Origin: an uncultured Verrucomicrobiae bacterium
GTDB taxonomy: Bacteria; Verrucomicrobiota; Verrucomicrobiia; Chthoniobacterales; UBA10450
NCBI GenBank assembly: GCA_963834385.1
Contig: CAWIBO010000002.1
Coordinates: 96,001 to 160,000 of the forward strand
Direction: 5' to 3'
Length of the DNA: 64,000 nucleotides
Part shown: positions 10,103-21,300 of the stretch, piece after piece
Position numbering within the stretch: position 1 is the first letter of the stretch
How the letters are laid out: every line of letters begins with the position of its first letter
Notes under the pieces: generated by a model
What the model was told of the DNA's origin: nothing
Database searches by the model: none
The model's input: the letters and a program-made list of their open reading frames with translations, nothing else
Program-made: the position numbers and the translations under genes

Positions 10103-10103
10103 T

Positions 10104-10676
10104 ATGAAAACAAAAAACGCAGGTCTTCTTCTTCTCGTTCTTGTGCTGGGCTTTATCACCTGGCGCTCCTCCAGTTCGGCCGGTGGCGGAAGTTGCCTGG
10201 CCAGCCTTTTCTCCCCTTCCTCAGGAGTGCAGACGGTGGCCAATAACGGAAGCGGGAACGCCCCTGCCTGGGAGTTGAAGGATTTGGAGGGCAAAACCGT
10301 CCGGTCGTCGGACCTTCAGGGGAAAGTGGTGCTGCTGAATTTCTGGGCCACCTGGTGCCCGCCCTGCCGCGAGGAAATCCCCGACCTGGTGGCCCTGCAA
10401 AACCAGTACAAGGAGCAGGGGCTCGTGATTGTCGGCATCTCGCTCGACCAGACGGGGCCGGAAACCGTGAAACGCTTCGCGGACCGGATGAAAATCAATT
10501 ACCCGGTGGTGATGGGAAACCAGGAGGTGGCCGCGGCCTATGGCGGCATCCAGGCCATCCCGACCACCGTCTTCATCAACCGTGACGGGAAGATTGCGGG
10601 GAAATATGAGGGCGGGGTGACGAAGGAAATGCTCGAACCGCCACTCAAACCGCTGTTGCAAAAAACCAACCTGTAG
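10104..10676 (+). CDS. TlpA/ResA-like thiol-disulfide oxidoreductase
   Basis: N-terminal anchor, LNFWATWCPPC, IPTT. Confidence 0.92.
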   Translation: MKTKNAGLLLLVLVLGFITWRSSSSAGGGSCLASLFSPSSGVQTVANNGSGNAPAWELKDLEGKTVRSSDLQGKVVLLNFWATWCPPCREEIPDLVALQNQYKEQGLVIVGISLDQTGPETVKRFADRMKINYPVVMGNQEVAAAYGGIQAIPTTVFINRDGKIAGKYEGGVTKEMLEPPLKPLLQKTNL

Positions 10677-10680
10677 ACCC

Positions 10681-11112
10681 ATGACCAGACTTCTCTTCCT
10701 CATCATGACGACTCTCCTCGCTGCTCACCTGTCTGCGGCGGATCCCGGCGCAGCTTCGCCCGCAAAGCATCGCGTTGCCTTTGAGGTGACCATGGAAGGT
10801 GAGGACCAGTGGAACGGCGTCCTCAACAATGTGAAGAATGTTCGCGAAGCGCTCGGGGAACAAACGGAGGTCGTGGTTATTGCGCACAGCCACGGGCTGG
10901 GGCTTCTCCTTGCGAAAGAGGGGCCGATCGCGGAGCGCGTGCAGGAGTTGGCCGGTCAAAAGGTCGTGTTCGCCGCCTGCGAAAACACCATGAAGAAACG
11001 GAACGTGACCCGGCAGGATCTGCACCCGGCCTCCACCACCGTCGATTCCGGGGTGGCGGAGGTGGTGCGGAAACAGGAAGCCGGCTGGAGTTATATTAAA
11101 TCCGGCACGTAG
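10681..11112 (+). CDS. Exported DsrE-family protein
   Basis: Signal peptide, FAACENTM, SGVAEVVRKQEAGWSYIK. Confidence 0.85.
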   Translation: MTRLLFLIMTTLLAAHLSAADPGAASPAKHRVAFEVTMEGEDQWNGVLNNVKNVREALGEQTEVVVIAHSHGLGLLLAKEGPIAERVQELAGQKVVFAACENTMKKRNVTRQDLHPASTTVDSGVAEVVRKQEAGWSYIKSGT

Positions 11113-11138
11113 GGGCGCTGCGAATTCCTGGTAGGGCC

Positions 11139-11588
11139 ATGAGTGTCTCGCTCCCTCCCACCCAGACTCGCGTCGAGAAGAACAGTCCAGAGGACGCAAA
11201 CCGTAAGGTGGCACAGGCGACCCTGGAATCGGTGCGCCGCTACGAAAATCGCCCCGGGCCGGAGATCGCCCGGCGGCTGGAGGAACTCGATCGTGAGTGG
11301 GATATCGAGCGCGCCCTGGAAATGAATGCCGCGGCGCTGGCGCTGGTGGGAGCGGTCCTGGCCCTGGTCCTGCATTCGGCCTTTGCCCTCCTTAGCATCG
11401 TCGTGACCGCGTTTCTGCTGCAACACGCCCTCCAGGGGTGGTGCCCGCCCATCCCCATTTTCCGGCGGCGCGGTTTCCGGACGGCGCGCGAGATTTACCG
11501 GGAGAAAACGGCTTTGCGAATCTTGCGCGGCGATTTCAAGCCCGCCCCGGGGGCGGAGGAGGCGCTGGCGCAGGTGGGAGACAACTAG
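11139..11588 (+). CDS. DUF2892/YgaP-like membrane protein
   Basis: REWDIERALE, two TM helices, QGWCPP. Confidence 0.75.
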   Translation: MSVSLPPTQTRVEKNSPEDANRKVAQATLESVRRYENRPGPEIARRLEELDREWDIERALEMNAAALALVGAVLALVLHSAFALLSIVVTAFLLQHALQGWCPPIPIFRRRGFRTAREIYREKTALRILRGDFKPAPGAEEALAQVGDN

Positions 11589-11746
11589 GCGCGGGCCGGA
11601 GGCAAGCGCCCACCGTCATTTCATGGTGATGCCGGCTTTGCCCACTGTGCCATCGTGGTGGGCTATCGCGGCTGGGTCCGCCGTCGCATCTGGCCGAATA
11701 GAGAAAGCGGGTTCCGGTCCCCGGTCGAAGGATGTATGGTGCCGAG

Positions 11747-12610
11747 ATGCTGATTGAGACGCACGCCCACCTTGATTATCCGGATTTCGCGGCCGACTTC
11801 GACGACGTTTTACGGAGGGCCGGAGAGGCCGGGGTCACCCGGATCATCACCATCGGCACGTCGCTTGAGAGCAGTGCGCGCGCGATCGAGCTGGCCGAGC
11901 GGCACTCCCAGGTTTACGCCGTCATCGGTGTGCACCCGACTTCCGCCGAGGAAGCACCCGATGACGTGATGACGCCGCTGCGCGAGCTGGCCCGGCATCC
12001 AAAAGTGGTCGCGCTCGGGGAGACCGGGCTCGATTACCACCGGCTCCCGAGCGTGGAAGCCGGCAAGGAGAAAACCTTGCAGGTGGTCTCCAAGGTTTTG
12101 CAGAGCACCACGGATGACGAACTGGAGGCGCGCATTCACGATGGCGCCTACAAATCGGCCCAGGCCGCGCTCTTCCAGGAGCAGCTCGACCTCGCCCTGG
12201 AACTCGGCCTGAACGTCGTCATCCATCAACGCGACGCGTGGGAGGACACGCTCGAGCTGCTCCGGCCGTATGAAGGGAAATTGCGCGGCGTTTTTCACTG
12301 CTTCGGCGGCCCGCTTGAGCACGCGGAGGAAGTGATCGCGGCCGGTCATTTGGTTTCGTTTACCGGGATCGTCACCTTCAAGAACGGGGCGGCGGTGCGC
12401 GATGTGGCGGCGCGGGTGCCGCTCGACCAGTTTATGGTCGAGACGGATTGCCCTTACCTTGCTCCGGTGCCGCATCGGGGAAAGCGCTGCGAGCCGGCTT
12501 ATACCCGGCTGGTCGCGGAATCGATCGCGTCGGCACGCGGGATTGGGTTGCAGGAACTGGCGAATGCGACAACTTCAACAGCAGAGAAGTTTTTCCGGTT
12601 CAATCGATGA
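11747..12610 (+). CDS. tatD: TatD family hydrolase
   Basis: ETHAHL, GVHP, GETGLDY, GVFHCF and ETDCPYLAP motifs. Confidence 0.93.
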   Translation: MLIETHAHLDYPDFAADFDDVLRRAGEAGVTRIITIGTSLESSARAIELAERHSQVYAVIGVHPTSAEEAPDDVMTPLRELARHPKVVALGETGLDYHRLPSVEAGKEKTLQVVSKVLQSTTDDELEARIHDGAYKSAQAALFQEQLDLALELGLNVVIHQRDAWEDTLELLRPYEGKLRGVFHCFGGPLEHAEEVIAAGHLVSFTGIVTFKNGAAVRDVAARVPLDQFMVETDCPYLAPVPHRGKRCEPAYTRLVAESIASARGIGLQELANATTSTAEKFFRFNR

Positions 12611-13210
12611 AGCGTCTTTTTCCTCCCTGCCCTGGCGGCCGTTTTCCTTTCCTCCTGCGCAGTGAAAGACACCCGGCACACGATCCATATCAGCGTGCCG
12701 GAGCAGCGGCTGGCCCTGCTTGATGAAGGGCGCCTGGTTGCGACCTACCCGGTCTCGACCTCAAAGTTCGGCCTGGGCGATATCCCGGGCAGTAATTTCA
12801 CCCCGCTCGGGACGATGGAAGTGGCCGACAAGGTCGGGGGCGGGGCCCCGCTCGGCGCCGTCTTCAAGGACCGTCGTCGCACCGGTGAGACCATCCCGGT
12901 CGACGCCCCGGGCCGCGACCCGATCGTCACCCGCATTCTCTGGCTGCGCGGGCTGGAGTCGCGCAACGCGCGCGCCTATGGCCGCACCATTTATATCCAC
13001 GGCACGCCGGAAGAGCGGAATATCGGGCGTCCCTCCAGCTACGGGTGCATTCGCATGCGCTCCCGGGACGTTGTCCAGCTTTACGACATCGTGGGCGAAG
13101 GCGCCCGCGTGACCATCGCCGAGGCGCCGCTCCAGGCGATGCTCCCGCCTCCTTCCCCGTCGCCGGAACTGGCGCCGGGCCAGGTCGCCGAGGCGCCCGC
13201 CAACCGCTGA
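12607..13210 (+). CDS. L,D-transpeptidase family lipoprotein (one extra T near 12617-12621 detaches the signal peptide)
   Basis: IYIHGT...SYGCIRM; removing one T restores MKRLFLPALAAVFLSSC lipobox from ATG 12607. Confidence 0.85.
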
Positions 13211-13211
13211 T

Positions 13212-13718
13212 CTACTTTCGCGCGAGCGCGAATTTTTCGGCCGGGCCGCCCCGGTAGGAAATGGTCTCCACCCGCGTCATCCCGCATTTTTCCAGGACCC
13301 GGCGCGAGGCGACATTGTCGGGTCGAACGATGCCAATGAGTCGCTCGAGGGCGAGCTCCTTGAAAGAGTAGGCGATGACGGCCTGTGCCGCCTCGGTGGC
13401 AAACCCGTGCCCCCAGCAGGAGCGGAGAAAACGGAACCCAATCTCCGTTTCGCCCACTTCCGGCAGGAACTTCGGGCCGGCGAACCCGATGTGCCGCTCT
13501 GTTTCCCGGAGCAGACAGGCCCAGCGGCCGTAACCGTAGGTGCGGTAATCTGCGATCGGATGCTCCCGCAGCACCGTTCGCGCCTCTTCCGGCGACGTAA
13601 GCGGGATATCGCCGGTGTGGCGGATCACCTCGGGATCGCTGTTCAATCGGAAGAAGTCTTCCGCGTCGGTCTCGGCATACTCGCGCAGAAGCAACCGGCC
13701 GGTCTCGAGAATCATCAT
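13212..13718 (-). CDS. GNAT N-acetyltransferase, RimJ/RimL type
   Basis: ILETGRLLLR, EIGFRF, WGHGFATEAA, NVASRRVLEKCGM. Confidence 0.9.
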   Translation of the reverse strand: MMILETGRLLLREYAETDAEDFFRLNSDPEVIRHTGDIPLTSPEEARTVLREHPIADYRTYGYGRWACLLRETERHIGFAGPKFLPEVGETEIGFRFLRSCWGHGFATEAAQAVIAYSFKELALERLIGIVRPDNVASRRVLEKCGMTRVETISYRGGPAEKFALARK

Positions 13719-13747
13719 CTGGCGCCCCTCTTCCCGGGCCGGGGCGG

Positions 13748-14763
<1,016 letters not shown>

Positions 14764-14808
14764 GAAGGCGGTTCGCTTTAATCCATCGGGTCGCTGTCGG
14801 CAATAGCT

Positions 14809-15546
14809 TTAGGCGGCGGTGGCATCCTCCAGCACAGCACGCTGCGCGCCGATCAGCTGGCGAATTGCCTCGCGGCCCATCCCCAGCATCCGGGTCAGCT
14901 CATCTTGTGAGAAAGTGGCCTCCTCACCCGAGCCCTGCATCTCGACGAATTCGCCGGCCTCGGTCGCCACCAGGTTGAAATCGACCGTGACCGCCTTGTC
15001 CTCCTCGTAATCGAGATCAACGATCGGGGCGCCGGCCAGGATGCCGGCGCTGACGGCGGCGATGAGCTGGCGCACGGGAGAGGTTTTCAGTTTGCCGTTG
15101 GTCACCAGTCGCTGGCAGGCCATGGCCACGGCCAGGCTGGCCCCGGTGATGGCGGCGGTGCGCGTGCCTCCGTCGGCCTGCAGGACATCGCAATCAACGA
15201 AGAGCGTGCGTGCGCCCAGTTTCTCGAGGTCGACCACCGCGCGCAGGGAACGCCCGATCAAACGCTGAATCTCCGAGCTGCGCCCGTCGAGGCGGCCCTT
15301 GGAGATGTCGCGCGGTTTCCGGGTCAGCGTCGAGTAGGGGAGCATGGAATACTCCGCCGTCAGCCAGCCCCCGGTGACATTTTGTTCCTTCATCCAGCGC
15401 GGGACGACCTCGTCGATCATGACCGCGCAGATCACGCGGGTGTCGCCCATGGCGACCAGCACGGAGCCGCTCGCATGCGGCGCGATGCCGGTCTCGAAGC
15501 GGACCGGGCGAATCTGTTCAGGGGCACGTCCGTCGGGGCGGGGCAT
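14809..15546 (-). CDS. rph: Ribonuclease PH
   Basis: RPDGR, TAEYSMLP, EIQRLIGRSLR, DVLQADGGTRTAAITG. Confidence 0.97.
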   Translation of the reverse strand: MPRPDGRAPEQIRPVRFETGIAPHASGSVLVAMGDTRVICAVMIDEVVPRWMKEQNVTGGWLTAEYSMLPYSTLTRKPRDISKGRLDGRSSEIQRLIGRSLRAVVDLEKLGARTLFVDCDVLQADGGTRTAAITGASLAVAMACQRLVTNGKLKTSPVRQLIAAVSAGILAGAPIVDLDYEEDKAVTVDFNLVATEAGEFVEMQGSGEEATFSQDELTRMLGMGREAIRQLIGAQRAVLEDATAA

Positions 15547-15631
15547 GGCGGGAGTCTAGAGAGCGCGCCACCGCTGCCAACTGAAACGTTGTGGTCAGAG
15601 GATGCAGTTGTCGCCCCGCGGGCTTTTTGGG

Positions 15632-15707
15632 GCAGGATTAACAGGATTTTGCAGGATTTTTACGAGGGAATCCCGAGGACCTGCCTTTCAATCCTGTAAA
15701 TCCTGTC
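15632..15707. repeat. Inverted pair of 9-10-nt periodic CAGGATT units
   Basis: CAGGATTAACAGGATTTTGCAGGATT ... AATCCTGTAAATCCTGTC; the same motif recurs near 28126, 28321 and 54114. Confidence 0.85.
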
Positions 15708-15714
15708 TTCCTCC

Positions 15715-15744
15715 AACAGAAAGGGCGCGCAAAAGCGCGCCCCT
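15715..15744 (-). terminator. Probable intrinsic terminator of rpsA
   Basis: Minus strand GGGCGCGC-TTTT-GCGCGCCC followed by TTTCTGTT, about 30 nt after the rpsA stop. Confidence 0.65.
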
Positions 15745-15775
15745 CCGGGTAAAACAATCTGCGGGTGGAGAAGAA

Positions 15776-17458
15776 TTACTTCTTCTTGGCTTCGCCGGGG
15801 CGGTAATCCTCCTCGGCGGCGGCAAACGCCTTCTCCAGGCCGACCATGTCTTCGCCGGGGCGAAGGTTGTCGAAGGCCTCGGATTCGCGGCGCAGTTCTT
15901 CCTCGGAATAATTGGCGGCCTTGATCGAGAGACCGATGCGGCGCTCGAGCTTGTCCACCTTGATCACGCGGGCTTCCACTTCCTGCCCAACCTTGAGGAC
16001 GTCCTTGACCTTCGCGACGTGCTCCTCGCTCAGCTGGGAGATGTGGACCAGGCCATCAATGTCGTCCTGCAATTGCACAAAGGCGCCGAAGCTGGCGAGC
16101 TTGGTCACCTTGCCCTGCACGAGATCGCCGATCTTGTACTTCTGGTCGATGTTCTTCCAGGGATCCTCGGCAAGCTGTTTGATTCCGAGGCTGATGCGCT
16201 GGTTGGTCTTGTCGATGTCGATGACTTCCGCCTCGACCTCGTCGTTCTTCTTAAAGACCTCGCTCGGATGGTTGATCTTGCGGGTCCAGCTCAGGTCGGA
16301 GACGTGGATCATGCCGTCAATGCCGTCCTCCAGCTCCACGAAGGCGCCATAGGCGGTCATGTTGCGGATGGTGCCCTTGACCCGGCTGCCAATGGTGAAC
16401 TTCTTCTCGATCTCGTCCCACGGGTTCTGCTCGAGCTGGCGCAGGCCCAGGGAGATTTTCTGTTCCTCCTTGTTGACGCCGAGGACGACCGCTTCGACCT
16501 CCTGGCCCTGGGTCAGGATGTCGGCCGGGCGCATGATGCGCTTGGTCCAGGAAAGCTCGGAAACATGGATGAGACCTTCCACGCCCTCCTCCAGCTCCAC
16601 GAAGGCGCCGTAGGGAACGAGGTTGGTGATCTTGCCTTTGACCTTCTGGCCGGCCGGGAAACGCTCCTCGATCTGGTCCCAGGGATTTTTCTGGGTCTGT
16701 TTCAGGCCAAGGGAGACGCGCTCCTTTTCCTTGTTGATATCGAGCACGAGGACGTCGAGCTGCTGGCCAACCTTGAGCAATTCGCTCGGGTGACCGAGCC
16801 GGCCCCAGGTCATGTCGGTGATATGGAGCAAACCGTCCATGCCGCCGAGGTCGATGAAAGCGCCGAAATCGGTCAGGTTCTTGACGGTGCCGTTGACGCT
16901 GTCGCCCACGTTCACGCCCTCGAGGAACTTCTGGCGTTTCTCGCTCCGCTCCTGCTCGATCAGCTCGCGCCGGCTGAGGACGACGTTCTTGCGGTCGTCG
17001 TTGATCTTAACAATCTTGAAATCGTAGGTGTTGCCGACGAACTGCTGAAGATCCTTCGGCGGGACGATGTCGATCTGGGAGGCCGGAAGAAAGGCTTCCA
17101 CGCCGATGTTCACCATGAGGCCGCCTTTGACGACCGATTTGACCTTGCCCTTGATCAGGCCGTCGCCGGCGAAAACCGCGGCGATCTTGTTCCAGTTCTG
17201 GCGGTAAGCGGCCTTCTCCTTGGAGAGGACCACCATGCCTTCGTCGTTTTCGAGGCGCTCGAGGAGCACTTCCACTTCGTCGCCCACTTCCATTGATTCG
17301 ACGTCGTCGAACTCGGAGGCGGGAATGACGCCTTCCGATTTGTATCCGATGTCCACCAGCACCTCGCGGGGACGTATTTCCAGGATATGGCCTTTTACGA
17401 TACTGCCCTCTTTGAAGTCCTTCATGGACTTCTCGAGTAGATCCTGCATTTGCAACAT
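15776..17458 (-). CDS. rpsA: 30S ribosomal protein S1
   Basis: Repeated S1 domains (GYKSEG, FGAF..., DGLLHI, RISLG); AAGGAG upstream of ATG 17458. Confidence 0.98.
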   Translation of the reverse strand: MLQMQDLLEKSMKDFKEGSIVKGHILEIRPREVLVDIGYKSEGVIPASEFDDVESMEVGDEVEVLLERLENDEGMVVLSKEKAAYRQNWNKIAAVFAGDGLIKGKVKSVVKGGLMVNIGVEAFLPASQIDIVPPKDLQQFVGNTYDFKIVKINDDRKNVVLSRRELIEQERSEKRQKFLEGVNVGDSVNGTVKNLTDFGAFIDLGGMDGLLHITDMTWGRLGHPSELLKVGQQLDVLVLDINKEKERVSLGLKQTQKNPWDQIEERFPAGQKVKGKITNLVPYGAFVELEEGVEGLIHVSELSWTKRIMRPADILTQGQEVEAVVLGVNKEEQKISLGLRQLEQNPWDEIEKKFTIGSRVKGTIRNMTAYGAFVELEDGIDGMIHVSDLSWTRKINHPSEVFKKNDEVEAEVIDIDKTNQRISLGIKQLAEDPWKNIDQKYKIGDLVQGKVTKLASFGAFVQLQDDIDGLVHISQLSEEHVAKVKDVLKVGQEVEARVIKVDKLERRIGLSIKAANYSEEELRRESEAFDNLRPGEDMVGLEKAFAAAEEDYRPGEAKKK

Positions 17459-17607
17459 ATTGGTAGTGTTCTCCTTTGGCGTAGCGCCGACTAATGCCAG
17501 GCAGGGTTGTGTGCCCGGCGACCCTTGGAAAAGGGGAGGCAATAGTAGGCGTGTTCCCGGGGGAGGTCAACTGGGTGCCCAAGGGGGGTGGGAGGGGTCA
17601 CTGGAGG

Positions 17608-17774
17608 CGTCATCCCGAGCCGCGCAGGCGGCGAGGGACCCCACGATGAAAGGACGGGCTCCGGCCCCTGGTCGGGCGGGGCACAAAGGCGAGAGCGGGG
17701 TGCTGGTCCAGGAGGTTTTGGGGGTGGAACGCCGCACGTTCTTCGCGAGGTCCCTCGCTGCGCTCGGGATGACA
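17608..17774. repeat. Solo (C/T)GTC-tagged palindromic doublet (MITE/REPIN-like, about 165 bp)
   Basis: GTCATCCCGAGCCGCGCAGGCGGCGAGGGACC ... GGTCCCTCGCTGCGCTCGGGATGAC; same ends as the units at 21031 and 21677. Confidence 0.92.
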
Positions 17775-17802
17775 GCGCCCGTCGGCGGCTCTATCTTCGA
17801 GC

Positions 17803-18306
17803 ATGCGTGGTTTCTTCTGCCTGTTCCTGGTCGCTCTTCTTTCCGTCTCCCAGGCGGGGGCGGCTTCCCCGGCCGAGGAAAAGGTGCTCGAGGCGATCAG
17901 GAAGCCAGAGCTTAGCGTGGTCCATCTGTGGGCGCCGTGGTGCGGGAACTGCAAGGCCGAGCTGAAGAGCGGGGGTTGGACCAGGATCGTGGGGGAGAAC
18001 CCCGGGGTGCAGTTCTATTTCGTCTCCATCTGGAACGAGGGGGGAGATGGTCGCGATCTCCTCGCGAAACATGAGCTGGCCGGCAGGCCGAACGTCACCA
18101 TCCTGGCCGACCCGGGCCCGCGCGGGAGCGGCAAAATCACCCGGTTCGCCGGGCTGCCCGTAAGCTGGATTCCCACCACGTGGATTTTCAAGGGGGGCGA
18201 CCTCCGTTACGCCCTGAATTACGGCGAGGTGCGCTTCCCGATTTTGCAACAGTTTATCGAGGATAGCGGCGACGCCTGGGAGCACGCACCGGAGCCCGCA
18301 AATTGA
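17803..18306 (+). CDS. Secreted thioredoxin-like protein
   Basis: Signal peptide, HLWAPWCGNC, IPTT. Confidence 0.82.
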   Translation: MRGFFCLFLVALLSVSQAGAASPAEEKVLEAIRKPELSVVHLWAPWCGNCKAELKSGGWTRIVGENPGVQFYFVSIWNEGGDGRDLLAKHELAGRPNVTILADPGPRGSGKITRFAGLPVSWIPTTWIFKGGDLRYALNYGEVRFPILQQFIEDSGDAWEHAPEPAN

Positions 18307-18346
18307 GTCGATTTGTGCAGAGGATAAGGTTAGAGAGACCCATTCG

Positions 18347-19786
<1,440 letters not shown>

Positions 19787-19815
19787 AGGCCGGCGCGCGC
19801 GCAACCAGTTCATCC

Positions 19816-21000
19816 ATGCATAAAGAAGCGAAAAAAATCGAGGCGAAGCGACACGATTTCGCCACGCGCACGATTCACGCCGGCCAGGAGCCGGATCCCT
19901 CGACCGGCGCAATCATGACGCCGATTTACCAGACCTCGACTTACGTCCAGGAAAGCCCCGGCCGGCACAAGGGCTTCGACTACGCTCGCTCGATCAACCC
20001 GACCCGGCTGGCTTACGAGAAATGCGTGGCTGACCTCGAGAGCGGCACGCGCGGCTGGGCCTTTGCCTCCGGCCTCGCCGCCATGGCCACCGCCCTCGAT
20101 GCGCTCGACACCGGTTCCCACGTTCTGGTGAGCGACGATCTTTATGGCGGGACCTTCCGGCTTTTCGAGAAGGTCCGGCGCCGCTCCGCCGGTCTCGAGT
20201 TCACTTTCATCGACATGACCGACGCCTCGCAGATCGAGTCGTCCCTAAAACCGAACACGCGCATGCTCTGGGTTGAGACCCCGAGCAATCCGCTCCTGAA
20301 GATCATCGATCTCGAAGCGGTGGCGCAGATTGCGCGGAAACACGGGGCCCTGGCCGTTTCCGACAACACTTTTGCCAGTCCCTGGGCCCAGCGCCCGCTC
20401 GAGCTTGGTTTCGACATGGTCATTCATTCCGCGACCAAATACCTGAACGGGCACTCCGACATGGTCGGGGGCGTGATTGTCGTGGGTGAGAACAAGGAGC
20501 TGGCGGATCAGATTCAGTTCTTGCAGAACGCCGTCGGCGCCGTGGCCGGCCCGTTCGACAGTTTCCTGGCGATGCGCGGCCTGAAAACCCTTTCCATCCG
20601 CATGGAGCGGCATTGCGAGAACGCGGGCGAGATTGCGCGCTGGCTCGAAGGCAACCCGAAACTGGAACGGCTGATTTATCCGGGCCTCGCCGCGCATCCG
20701 CAGCACGCCCTCGCCGGGAAACAGATGCGGGGATTTGGCGGAATGGTCACGCTTGTTCTCAAGACCGACATGGACGGGACCCGCCGTTTTCTCGAGAACA
20801 CCCATCTTTTCTCGCTCGCGGAAAGCCTTGGCGGCGTGGAAAGCCTGGTGAACCACCCGGCCATCATGACCCACGGCGCCGTGCCTCCGGAAACGCGGGC
20901 CAAGCTCGGCATCACCGATTCACTCGTGCGGCTGTCGGTCGGGATCGAGAACGTGGAAGACCTGAAACACGATCTCGAGACGGCGCTCGCGGCCATTTAA
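19816..21000 (+). CDS. Cystathionine gamma-lyase/synthase (Cys/Met metabolism PLP family)
   Basis: PIYQTSTY, ETPSNP, HSATKYLNGHSD, AESLGGVESL, RLSVGIE. Confidence 0.95.
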   Translation: MHKEAKKIEAKRHDFATRTIHAGQEPDPSTGAIMTPIYQTSTYVQESPGRHKGFDYARSINPTRLAYEKCVADLESGTRGWAFASGLAAMATALDALDTGSHVLVSDDLYGGTFRLFEKVRRRSAGLEFTFIDMTDASQIESSLKPNTRMLWVETPSNPLLKIIDLEAVAQIARKHGALAVSDNTFASPWAQRPLELGFDMVIHSATKYLNGHSDMVGGVIVVGENKELADQIQFLQNAVGAVAGPFDSFLAMRGLKTLSIRMERHCENAGEIARWLEGNPKLERLIYPGLAAHPQHALAGKQMRGFGGMVTLVLKTDMDGTRRFLENTHLFSLAESLGGVESLVNHPAIMTHGAVPPETRAKLGITDSLVRLSVGIENVEDLKHDLETALAAI

Positions 21001-21029
21001 TCCGAGCAACGAGAACGCTCACGCGCGCG

Positions 21030-21300
21030 TGTCATCCCGAGCCGCGCAGACGGCGAGGGACCCCACGAAAAAAGGACGGGTATGGCCTCTGTAGCTACGG
21101 GGCGCCAAGACGAAAGCTCGCTGCCGGTTCCGGGTTTTTAAGGGTGGATCGTCGCAAGCTATTCGTGAGGTCCCTCGCTGTGCTCGGGATGACGGTGGGG
21201 CGCGGGGCGCCAAGACGAAAGCCCGCTGCCGGTTCCGGGTTCTTCGGGCGTGGATCGTCGCAAGCTATTCGTGAGGTCCCTCGCTGCGCTCGGGATGACG
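21030..21300. repeat. Left repeat module: arm A (forward), then two B arms (inverted) in an approximately 106-bp tandem duplication
   Basis: A arm starts at 21031; B arms end at 21193 and 21299. Confidence 0.95.

Noticed and set aside
15602..17296. Long plus-strand ORF antisense to rpsA (similarly 43912-45975, 46217-47707, 40336-42252 and 51225-52640)
   Set aside because: These are shadow ORFs of well-supported genes, expected from high-GC codon usage, and show no recognisable motifs.
17588..17965. Short ORFs spanning the solo repeat, and similar ORFs at 21019-21494 and 21604-22002
   Set aside because: Their shared peptides ([17 protein letters not shown]) are translations of the repeat arms, with no independent coding evidence.
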